NCBI GenBank assembly: GCA_009859145.1
Contig: VRVR01000027.1
Coordinates: 195,974-259,973 of the forward strand
Length of the DNA stretch: 64,000 bases
Source: Andalucia godoyi And28
Lineage: Eukaryota > Protista > Jakobida
Direction of reading: 5' to 3'
Part shown: piece after piece, positions 52,699 to 63,240 of the stretch
Layout: each line of letters opens with the position of its first letter
Position numbering within the stretch: the stretch's first letter is position 1
Made by a program: the position numbers and the translations under genes
Notes under the pieces: model-generated
What the model saw: the letters and a program-made list of their open reading frames with translations, nothing else
Databases searched by the model: none
What the model was told of the DNA's origin: nothing

Positions 52699-53861
52699 TC
52701 AACGTTGCAATCCGTCTCCTTGATGATGCAAACCTGGGAACTGCTCGGCGTTGTATCAGTAAGGCCATCGACGAGATTCCGGAGTGTACGATAACTTTGT
52801 TCTCCGTGACAAAGATGCCGCACGCTGCAGGCATTCCTCAGAAAATGTGACGCGGGTATCATACGTGTCATATTGCCCGGAAAGACGTACAATCTCTGTT
52901 TTCTTTGAGTTTTTAAGCATCAGTGTCACACATTTTGTTCTTTTCTCTATGATACTAACGTAAAGCTGCTTCCTTTCCTAACGAAAGGCAATGACCAGGA
53001 ATCTGCAGAATGCTGAAGACGATTGAAATAAACCGAAAACATGTTCATAGATGTGTCGTTTGAGAATGGCAGCCAATTAAATGATATGAGATGGATGTTA
53101 ATCTGCTCCTTTTTGACATCCCGTTTGATACAGATGAACGAATTCCCAGGCACATCGGACGCCACCTTCTGTTTTCCAATAACCGTGATTATAAGGATGC
53201 TGTGATTTCGCAACTGGTGCACCATGTTGTCTCTTCGAAGAAAGGAGCTCGGATGCACCGTATTCTGCACTCCCGGTCAAAGCCAACATAGCTGATCCAC
53301 TATCATTCGTTGTCGAATTTCTGTCCGACGTTCGACTATGAGACAATCGATCATTGTCAATTCGGAGTAATCTTGGACACATTTTGGATTCGATCTGCTG
53401 CATTCATCCACAAACTGGATCATCATCTTCGGCTTCTGTTCCAAATTGCATGCCAGTCGGTTGAAAAGCTCTGAGTTTCACACTTGTTTCCATTCCCTTC
53501 GGTTTCTTGACGAACACGATGCTGCTGCGACTTTTCGTGATTTTTCATTTTGTCAAGAAGGTGGCAAAATTCCGTTCTTAACATCCAAAGATTTGAATTG
53601 CGAAATCAATACTACGTTTATGACATTCCTGCTGTGCCTGCAAACCATGTGAACGACTTCACCCTTCATTGCATTGAGGTAGCATATCGAACAAGAAATA
53701 CTGAAGGTTTTTACGTGAGAAACAACTGCAATCATTCTGAAGACTTCAAGCATTCTTAATCATCGCAGCGAAGTCCGAATTTGAACTTAAAACACGAAAA
53801 CAGACGTTTTCCTTTTTTAAAAAGAAAGAAGATGCTGAAGAACGTTGAGCAAAACAACATT

Positions 53862-56800
53862 TCAACGATGCTCGAGAAATTCGTCGGGATCAGATTTTGG
53901 AAGAAATCCGCAAGCTTGAAGAGATTTAAAGATCTGACGATCTGTCAATGTCAACTGACTCTCGTTTTCCAACAAGATCATCGACAGTTCACTGACAATT
54001 TCAACAATACGACCGAATAGGTCTCCATTCTTTCCACTCTGGCTAAGTAAAAGATACACAAGAGTGTGACTCTCATATCGATGACACGCATCTTGACGGA
54101 AAACTCGTGATAGCAGCGGGGTATGGCATGCTAAGTTACGGATGAAACGTAAAACGAAAAAGACACACATCCGTCCATGCTGGCACAGGCGCTTGTACAC
54201 GGAATAATTGTTCTTGGGATGGACACAGTATTCCATTAACGCCTGTTCAAACGAAATGACATCCAACATTGATTCTAACATCATAGAATCTGGTGATGAT
54301 CGCTGACCTGGCGACGAAAAAGGAAGCATGGAAGACGGTGACACGGTGTGCCTCAAAAAGTGATTCAACGCAAAGGAACTGTGCGCATGTTCGAAATTCT
54401 GGTAATGTAAGCCTTCAATGCCTTGAACTTCTCGAAACAAATCTGCTAACGGCTGAGCAACGTCAACAACAAATTGTACACACTGGCTTGCGCTCCAAAA
54501 GAAAGGATGCATCACAACACCTTTCATTTTCAAACGGTCAGTGTAATCATATGCTACCATTCGACTCAGAAGATGGGAAAACAAGATGCGGGACGTCGTC
54601 GTCGAATGAACATCTGTTCGCAAGTGAGTCTGAATATGACCATCCCGCAACGACTGCAAGTCTCTATTTACCATTTCCGAATAAGTAAAGTACTCATTCT
54701 CGTCCCCAGAAGAGAATAGATCAGAATTCAAGGCTGAAGAAACTTGACAGGCATGCTGCAAATACTCGCTGGTCATACCCATTCGTTGTACTTGCGCGAG
54801 GTACAACATAGTCCATCCGAGACTGAAGACATCCGAACGGGGCGTCCGCAACGCTGGTTGGTGCACGAATTCGGGAGGTCGCCACCAAGGAGATCCAAGT
54901 GGATAGTTCGGATTTGCACTGGAATCGACGTACGTTTGCGCCTCCAAACGAACGGAAGAAATTCCAAAATCTGTGAGACAAAAGGAGTAAGAACCGCTCG
55001 ATCCATTGTTATTCAACAAGATGTTGCTCGGCTTGATATCGCGATGAATTAACTGTGCCTCATGAAGTGCAGCGACAGTGCTGGCAAGGAGATTCAGCTG
55101 GTGAAACAATAATCTGGGCGACAGATTCTCCTGAATCCGTCGATTCTTTCCGAATACATCTCCTTCAGGATAATAAGACATAACAAGAGCGCTCTCTTGC
55201 TGCAAAACACTTCCGACACTCCTTCCGGAATCTACAGCTCCAATGTACAAGACTCGAACCAAACTAGGAAACTGGCCAGTCGACTGCCGAGGAATACGGC
55301 CAAATAACTCTTCCTCTCCCAAATGGTCCATTTGGTCAGAAAAGAATTGTTGAGTTTTTGCCTCTTCGGTTCCATCGCCGATGGACCGACGGAAGATCTT
55401 CACAGCAACGGGACCGTGGTGCAGGGTGAGACCTCGATACACAACTGCTTCAGCACCGCTCCCTATCACACACCGAACACAAAACAAGCACACTGGCAGG
55501 CCACCATGAAGAACCATCAAAAGAGAGCTCTCATTCTCATCTAGAAAGATCTCATCGGTCGAGAACAGATCCCGCAACTGCTGGATAAAGGCAGCATATC
55601 GCTCGCTCAATGATATGATTTCTTCCACGATGCGGCCGTTGCGATAGGTAGCGTATTCCACATTTCCGCAGATTGTCAATTTCATGATTCCTGACGGAAG
55701 CTCGTCCACAAAACGACCCTCCATTGTAGCGTTGTGTTCCATCCATAATTCACGACAGTCTTCGTCGGACACCAAGCGACCAGATCGAATGCGTCCGATA
55801 AAGTTCGCAATGCACGCATGAGAAGATCGCTCAAACAATAATATCTCACCGCAGTCGCAGTTGGCCAAAGACGTAAAAGACTGTGAACCATGCATACATT
55901 CATATGATGAATGGCTCCCGAGACACATTCGGATTCCAGCAGACACAACCTGGAAGTCGGGGAAACGACGAACATCCGTAAGGCTGACAGAAACTCCGTT
56001 TCGGAGACTAAAATAGTCGGAAGGAAGTATCGCAAAACCTTTCTGCGACGACCATGTAACAGATGCACAACCAAGTGAGACGTTGCGCTGACCTGTATCA
56101 CTATCAAGAGTCCACAGACTGTATCTCACTTCCTTCAATTCGCCCTCTATGTGTCTCAAAGATAGACACAGAAGAATCCGTGAGCCCCAGCGAAACCAGA
56201 GAACCATGGTTCCGTCGACTTCAATTTGTACATGGTGCAGACAGAACGTACGCTGGTTGGTTGGTGCCACATGGTTGGTATTTTCATCAACAATAATCTC
56301 TGCAATTGTCAACCCACGCACCCGCAATGCACCATTTGTAAAATGAAATTCAAGCGAAGAGTTCTCAAAAGGGTGTAAATTGCCGAACGTGCCAATTTCA
56401 GAGTCTTCGCAACCCTCGTGATGTAAAAAACATCCAACAACAAATTTCTTGCCTTCATTATCGAAAGTTGCGCCGAATACTGGCTCCTGGGCAGAATCTG
56501 GTCCAAACGCGCTTAGCGGCGAAAAAAGAAATCCAAAAAGTGATGGCCTGTTCAAAGTCGTATACGAAGGGGAAATTTGAATGTGGACGTTCAAATCCTC
56601 TTTTAACACCTTTGAGATTGCATTACTAGAATCATCGTCTCCCAGTAAAGAGAGACAGCGATCAAACCTCCACAAATTGATTTGTTCAAACTGGAACATC
56701 CAATCACAAGCGATTTCAGAAACGCTCGCTTGACATTCATGCAGCAACGACTTTGATGCCCACCCCAAGGATTGAGTGTTTTCCTTGGATAACATTGAGT

Positions 56801-57206
56801 ACTTGTCGTGATACCTCGTCCGTGAATCTGGATTCACTGGATTAACTCCGCGCAAACCTAATTCCACAATGTTGCGATGAAGAATGACATTATCCACAAA
56901 TGGACGGACATAGTCAGGAACAATGAGAACAAGAAGTTCGTCGAATTGAGAAAGATGCTCCTGAATCTCTGGGCATTTTCTACGCTCGAAATCATCAGCT
57001 GTGAACAAAGACTCCTGGCGAGCAGTACTCCATAATCCTAAAAAGACAACCGACTCATCACTGTCCAGATGTTTGTGAATCAGATTTAGCAATTGTTTGG
57101 CGTCAAGAACAGGACTTGTCATCCAACACGAAGAAAGTGATAGCCATCGTTCATTTTTGGTAGGAACAATAAGAGTGTTCTCAAGATCAAACAGAACTGG
57201 AAGCAT
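53862..57206 (-). CDS. Soluble protein kinase fused to C-terminal KEN (IRE1/RNase L-type) ribonuclease domain, about 1114 aa, with about 580-aa unknown N-terminus
   Basis: Kinase: IGSGAEAVVY, VAVK, IHRDIKPSNILL, TDFG, GSPWWRPPE, SDVFSLG. KEN: VVMHPFFWSASQCVQFVVDVAQ (compare IRE1 [22 protein letters not shown]) and LRFIRNLACH (compare RNase L LKFIRNLGEH). No signal peptide or TM helix seen; likely ATG at 57206, frame open to 57314. Confidence 0.85.
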   Translation of the reverse strand: MLPVLFDLENTLIVPTKNERWLSLSSCWMTSPVLDAKQLLNLIHKHLDSDESVVFLGLWSTARQESLFTADDFERRKCPEIQEHLSQFDELLVLIVPDYVRPFVDNVILHRNIVELGLRGVNPVNPDSRTRYHDKYSMLSKENTQSLGWASKSLLHECQASVSEIACDWMFQFEQINLWRFDRCLSLLGDDDSSNAISKVLKEDLNVHIQISPSYTTLNRPSLFGFLFSPLSAFGPDSAQEPVFGATFDNEGKKFVVGCFLHHEGCEDSEIGTFGNLHPFENSSLEFHFTNGALRVRGLTIAEIIVDENTNHVAPTNQRTFCLHHVQIEVDGTMVLWFRWGSRILLCLSLRHIEGELKEVRYSLWTLDSDTGQRNVSLGCASVTWSSQKGFAILPSDYFSLRNGVSVSLTDVRRFPDFQVVSAGIRMCLGSHSSYECMHGSQSFTSLANCDCGEILLFERSSHACIANFIGRIRSGRLVSDEDCRELWMEHNATMEGRFVDELPSGIMKLTICGNVEYATYRNGRIVEEIISLSERYAAFIQQLRDLFSTDEIFLDENESSLLMVLHGGLPVCLFCVRCVIGSGAEAVVYRGLTLHHGPVAVKIFRRSIGDGTEEAKTQQFFSDQMDHLGEEELFGRIPRQSTGQFPSLVRVLYIGAVDSGRSVGSVLQQESALVMSYYPEGDVFGKNRRIQENLSPRLLFHQLNLLASTVAALHEAQLIHRDIKPSNILLNNNGSSGSYSFCLTDFGISSVRLEAQTYVDSSANPNYPLGSPWWRPPEFVHQPALRTPRSDVFSLGWTMLYLAQVQRMGMTSEYLQHACQVSSALNSDLFSSGDENEYFTYSEMVNRDLQSLRDGHIQTHLRTDVHSTTTSRILFSHLLSRMVAYDYTDRLKMKGVVMHPFFWSASQCVQFVVDVAQPLADLFREVQGIEGLHYQNFEHAHSSFALNHFLRHTVSPSSMLPFSSPGQRSSPDSMMLESMLDVISFEQALMEYCVHPKNNYSVYKRLCQHGRMCVFFVLRFIRNLACHTPLLSRVFRQDACHRYESHTLVYLLLSQSGKNGDLFGRIVEIVSELSMILLENESQLTLTDRQIFKSLQACGFLPKSDPDEFLEHR

Positions 57207-57424
57207 ATTGGAACGTTTGAATTCGTAGAAACGGTGAAAAGAAACGCAAAAGCGAACTTCTGGTGCAGACTTGAAATTTGGGACCCGGGCTGGCATTGCT
57301 TTTTGAGCTGACATGTCATGTCATCCGAAACCGCTTTTCTGAATTTCCGGTGATCTCGGCTTCTGAGGTGCGGAATTCTTTTCCGCGATGAGTTTTCCTG
57401 TTAATCCTGTTCAACGACCCTGCA

Positions 57425-60400
57425 ATGCTTGACCATTCACTGGAAATTCCACTTTCGCAACTTCGACTCAAGGAATTGTCGTTTGGTATCCCGAGTTCAT
57501 GGTCGTCGGCAGTTATAAGAGTGTATCCGATTTTATGTACACTGTATACGCAATTGACACCTGATGATCGACGACTGGCAAAGCTTTGGCCACGGAACGA
57601 GACAGGAAATGAAACGACTCCTGTGGTGAGACTGTTTTGCATTTCGGTTTCAGGACAAGAGGCAATATCCGCAGATGATGTTTCTCAGATCAAGGACAGT
57701 ATTCTGAAATGGTCGTCTAAATTATTTTGGGGGGTTGTCGGAATTGAAGAGCCATGGTGTGTTTTGGACTCAGAATTTAAAGACCTTTCTTTGTCTGCGT
57801 TCAGTTCTTGCACTGCTCTGCGTCATTGGAAATATGATGCGAATCATGAAATACGACTGCACAAACCTTTGATGTGCTATTGTGTCCGTAAATCAGATGA
57901 GGAAGGCTTGCTGAGCCGTGGCGGCATGGGAAAGTCCACAATCTTACAATTGTCCAATGCGTTATCGGTCAACGGATTTAATCGCAAATCAGTGGATCGC
58001 TCTATGGAAGCTTCTGCATGTTTTGGAAAGTTTTCTCTTCACGGTGTTGGATCTCATGACGATTTCCGAACAGTAATTTCGGATTGTGCATCTTGTACTA
58101 CTACCAATACGCCACAGCTTTACTGTTTGGAGTTGCAGATTTCCAAGCAGAAAAGCGTACCACCTGTATACGCCTATTGCACAGATGTCAGTGCTTGTTG
58201 CTGTGTGGTGTTGCTAAGTTGGACCTGGAATTCGTGTGCGAAGGGCCGAGTTTCTTTCTTGGAGCTCTCCATCCGCACTCGTTTGCCGTTGATGTATGCA
58301 CACGAGAAGATGGAGAATCTGATGCAAACGCTCTGTCGTCATTCTGACGGGCAGTCGCTCATGGAAGTCTTGGACTGCATCGGGGTAGGTGGATGCGGGG
58401 CGGTGTATCGCGTGCTTCTCGGATCACAGAAAAAAATGTTTGCCTGTAAGGTGTCATGCCATCCTGATGTTCAGCACGTGGAAGAAACTACATGGAGTGC
58501 TTTAGATGGTCATTCGCATATTGCACCAATTGTTTTTGCTCACGACGGAGCAGTGTTTACAGAGTACTTTGATCATGGTTCATTGAAGGACTACATTTCA
58601 TCCACAGACTGGTCGACGCGATGGATGTCATCACCGCGCGAGATGTTACTTGTTTGTCGTCATGTGGCTTCTCAGATTGCTTCTGCTGTTGGATACATGC
58701 ACTCTCTGGAGTACATGCATCTTGACTTGAAACCAGAAAACGTGCTTGTGTCTCATGAATTATGGATTCATGAAAACATCGAGAAGGGTATCGTTGAAAT
58801 TTGCGATTCCAAGTGTGTCGATGCCATCCGTTCGATGCATGTGTGCCTGTGTGATTTTGGCCTTGCTCAAGTTGAGAAGACTGCGAAGCCTGTGTTGGGA
58901 ACGCCAGGATGGAACAGTCCGGAACAACAACGATATGAAAAATCCACTACCGCATCCGATGTTTTTTCTCTAGGATTGGTTTTGTCGTGGTTGCTTCATC
59001 CTCAGAATGCTCGTTTGGATGACGACTCTTCGAGTTCTTTTGAGAAATGGCAAGATTCATTTCGATGTTCAGGGATTTCTGAGAACCTTTTAGAATTCGT
59101 TGATTGTGTGTGGTTACGAGTAATGGAGCGAATTCTGTCTCGCGATTTCCCGCGTAGGCCGACCGCGTTTCACGTGGCCAATGCCATTCGAACTAGTTGC
59201 CGTCCACATCTTGCCATATACACGTCTCCGAGTGATGCGAGACGGCTAGCTTCGTCCCGGGAACATACTCTGCTTATTTTTGAAGAAATGTTTGGAAATA
59301 ATACGCCCGACTATTTTGAACATTGTTGTCACTTAGTATCTGGCCTTCGTCGTGGAAATCACAGTGCGTGTGTTGTCAGATTATTCCCTTTGGAATGCGT
59401 GTCGTCGCTTTTGAAGGAAGGTCTGGGCACAAATCTTGTATGCAAAGTCGCAAGCTGTTTGTCTGATCTTGGTCAGCTGAAACCTGTCGTTCCGCTCCTG
59501 AGTGGTGTGTTGGAGCGGTCATTGACAGGAACAAACCAGAATGTCACAGTTGATTCTATAAGGAACAATCTGGGTTTATGTCTTCTTCATCAAGGAAAGT
59601 GCGAAGACGCACTTTCAATGTTTCAATCCGTTTTGAAAATGAACATCGAGAGTTTCGGCGAGGAAGACTTGAAGACGCTGGAAGTGCGGGCTAACATTGC
59701 ACAATGTTTTCATTTTATTGGAAAGCATTCGGAAGCTATTGAACAATTCAAATATGTTGTTTCGATGCAAGAGAAGATGCTTGGCATTAAACACCCTAGA
59801 ACCCTGCGATCGCGGATCGAGTTGGCTCTGATATTGCAGTCCGAAGGCAAGTATGATGCGGCGCTGGAGATGTTGGAATCTCTTCTTGAGATTGTAATCG
59901 AGGTTCTGGGTGCTGATCGTGCAGTGACACTCGCATGTCGAAGCAACATTGCTGTTTGTCATCGCAGCCTCGGACACTACGATGTTGCACGAGAACAGCT
60001 TGAATCGTTGATTGCTGTTCAAGAGGGGGTTTTCGGTTCGAGACACCTGGACACACTGCGATCGCGCATCGACTTGGCTCTGATATTGCAGTCTGAAGGC
60101 AAGTATGATGCAGCGCTGAAGATGTTGGAATCTCTTCTTGAGATTGTAATCGAGGTTCTGGGTGCTGAGCACCCAATTACTCTCACATGTCGAAGCAACA
60201 TTGCTGCTTGTCATCGCAGCCTCGGACACTACGGTGTTGCACGAGAACAGCTTGAATCGTTGATTGCTGTTCAAGAGGGGGTTTTCGGTTCGAGACACCT
60301 GGACACACTGCGATCGCGGAACAGCTTAGCTCTGACATTGCAGTCCGAAAGCAAGTATGATGCGGCGCTGGAGATGTTGGAATCTCTTCTTGAGGCTGAA

Positions 60401-61899
60401 TTGGAGGTCCTGGGTGCCGAGCATCCAGCGACGCTTTCACGTCGGCATGACATTGCTCTGTGTCATCGCGACCTCGAAGAGTATGATGTTGCACGAGAAC
60501 AGCTTGAATCGTTGATTGTTGTTCAGGAGCTGGTTTTCGGTGTGACTCATTCTGACACGCTACTTTCGCGAGAAGATTTGGCCTACACATTGCAATTTGA
60601 CGGAAAGAATGATGCGGCGCTGGAGATGTTGGAATCTCTTCTTGAAACTGAATTGGAGGTCCTGGGTGCCGAGCATCCGGCGACGCTTTCACGTCGGCAT
60701 GACATTGCTCTGTGTCATCGCGACCTCGGACACTACGATGTTGCACGAGAACAGCTTGAATCGTTGATTGCTGTTCAAGAGGGGGTTTTCGGTTCGAGAC
60801 ACCTGGACACACTGCGATCGCGGAACAGCTTAGCTCTGACATTGCAGTCCGAAAGCAAGTATGATGCGACGCTGGAGATGTTGGAATCTCTTCTTGAAAC
60901 TGAATTGGAGGTCCTGGGTGCCGAGCATCCGGCGACGCTTTCACGTCGGCATGACATTGCTTCATGTTTACGAGCACAAAGGAAATATGGTAGTGCGATT
61001 GAGCACTTGAAGAATTGACAGCTATCAAGACCCAACTTTTTGGCGCTGGACATGTCGACACTTTAGAGTCAAGAAAGGACGTTGCTTCATCCGTATGCGA
61101 TCAAGGGAACTACAAGATGACCCTCTCACGATTTCAGGATGTTCACATCGCTGCAGAACAGTCTTTCGGCAGTAGTCATCCTTTTACGTGCACCTGTCTG
61201 TATGATGTTGCCCATTGTTTGAAACTCAGCAGAGAATACGACATAGCACTTCAGGAGTTTGAAACCTTGTTGGATATTCAAGAGAAACGTCTCGGAGTCC
61301 AGCATCCCGAAGTTTTGCGTATTCGGAACAGTACTGCTTCGTGTCGCATGCTTCAAAGTGACTTAGATGTTCCACTGAAGCTGTTGGAATGCCTACTCAA
61401 AGATCAGGAGCAAGTCCTTGATCCTGAAGATGCAATTACCCTCGATATTCGTTACAACTATGGAAAATGCCTTATGTTACTACATAAGGATACAGCGATA
61501 TCGGAATACAAAGCGGTTTTACATGATCGACAGCGGCTGCTGGGAACAGATCATCCTGATACGTATGAGATGTGTCATGGAATTGCGTATTGCCTAATGG
61601 ATCAAGGCAAGTATGAGGACGCCCTAGAGGAGTTTTCGTCTGTTGTGGATTCACAGCAGCGACTTTTGGGTGATTTGCATCCGATGACGTTGACTACGCG
61701 ACACAGCATTGCCCGGTGTCGCATGCTCAAAGAGGATTACGATGCCGCATTATTAGGATATCGAGACGTTCTACGCAATCGAGAACAAGTTCTTGGACCA
61801 GATCATCCAGATACCCATGCAACGTCTCGCGATCTCAATCGCTGCCTTGAGCAAGCTGGAGTTTGCGTGTTATGCAGCGAAACGCAAGAAGTCCTGTAG
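57425..61899 (+). CDS. Protein kinase (non-RD, HLD) plus long array of 42-aa kinesin-light-chain-type TPR repeats, about 1490 aa if the single-base frameshift near 61010 is corrected
   Basis: IGVGGCGAVY, FACK, MHLDLKPENVL, CDFG, GTPGWNSPE and SDVFSLG. TPR units such as LGAEHPATLSRRHDIALCHRDLGHYDVAREQLESL. ORFs 57425..61018 and 61015..61899 join in repeat register (HL-EELTAIKTQLFGAGHVDTL) on adding 1 nt. Confidence 0.88.
59770..60990 (+). repeat. Intragenic 252-bp (2 x 42 aa) near-identical tandem repeat encoding alternating A/B TPR units
   Basis: Equivalent positions at 59806, 60058, 60310, 60562 and 60814. Confidence 0.93.
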
Positions 61900-63240
61900 A
61901 TTCCTGATTACCTGTGAGTGTCATTGCCAGTACCTACAGAAGTGAACGATCTGAACAAGAAAAACCGTATGAAACACGCTCATTATTATTGATCAGATGT
62001 TGCACACTGAAGCAATGACAGTTCTTTACACAAAATTCAGCTATTCGATTCCCATGTCGTTGACCATGATTCGAGACAGAAGTTTCTGGAAACAAACGGA
62101 CAATCGAGCATTTTTAATAGAGAGGCAGCAAAAGAAGTATCAAAACAATCAAACCACCGCAGAGCATATCACTGCCATGCGGCCATTTCATGGAAACACA
62201 CAACAAACACTTCAAGCTGCTCGAAGACACGGCGAGGCTTTATATCAGCCGAGAATCGGTTACCGCTATCTGTAGAACGTCGAGTTTTGCGCTCATCACG
62301 TACAGTCCCAATCCGTTTCGCGAAGTCTTGCAGGTCTCTCGAGTGATGATATGCATTGTAGAGAGCATTACAGGTGTTGCAGTCTCTGTCCAGCTCGTCA
62401 TCGGTGTCATATGTCAGTTTCTTCATCCCTGAAGGACGAGACCGTTTCTTCAGCAGAACTTCTGTTATGCCTTGCAAATACTTGCAAAAGAATCCAATTC
62501 ACTGGTGAGTCGAAGAGACTTGGAGGGTTCGTTAGGAAACAAATTAAAAATAGTCGTGCGCCAAGAGGAATGGATAACATGTTGCTGGCCACCCCGAAGT
62601 CCAGCGCTTGTCATATTGGACTGCGGATGGCTTTGAGAATTTGTTGCAGGTGGAGATAACTGTTCAGCGGCAGTTGCAGAACGAGAAGCTCCTGTCTCCG
62701 CGGGTGCATCATTGTTCGTGGCATCGTCCTCGTTAGGCCGCACAACGACTTGCGACTACGCGACTGTGCAGTCCTCCGGTCCGAGACCTGGAACATAACT
62801 TGTTTCTCAGAGATGCCTCCCTTTCTTTGAGTTGCGAAAGCAACTGAGTCAAAACCAATTCTAATTGGTTTAGCGAAAAACTCGCGGACCCACTAGCGTT
62901 CATTTGCCGTGAGAAAAAGAAGAAGATGTTGAACAGAAAAACAAAGCTGAGGCAGCAATCAACTTCTGGAAATTGTTGTTTTGGTGAATTTCGGTCGCTG
63001 CACTGTATAAAATCAATAGTTGATGCTGGATGCTGTGCACTCCTCAAAAAAAAGGCGGGGAAAAACCGATTTTTGCAACGACAGTCTCACGTGACTACGT
63101 GGCTGGGCCGTGGGGAGCATGAAAACACCAGAATTCTTCGCTCTACCTCGAAACCTACAATTTGAAAATCACGTAACTGTCCTCTTTGAGTTTGGTCATT
63201 GTTTCGCTTTTTTCTTGTTTGCGGACCTATCGTTGTTATC

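Noticed and set aside
57910-57950. SRGGMGKST as an NB-ARC/NACHT P-loop making the kinase-TPR gene an NLR
   Set aside because: The first Gly of GxGGxGK[ST] is Ser, there is no preceding hydrophobic strand, no Walker B or other STAND motifs follow, and it lies upstream of the kinase.
62000-62800. Minus-strand fragments (e.g. CSIVRLFPETSVS) as a relic of the kinase-TPR gene
   Set aside because: Similarity is limited to about 10 residues and could be chance.
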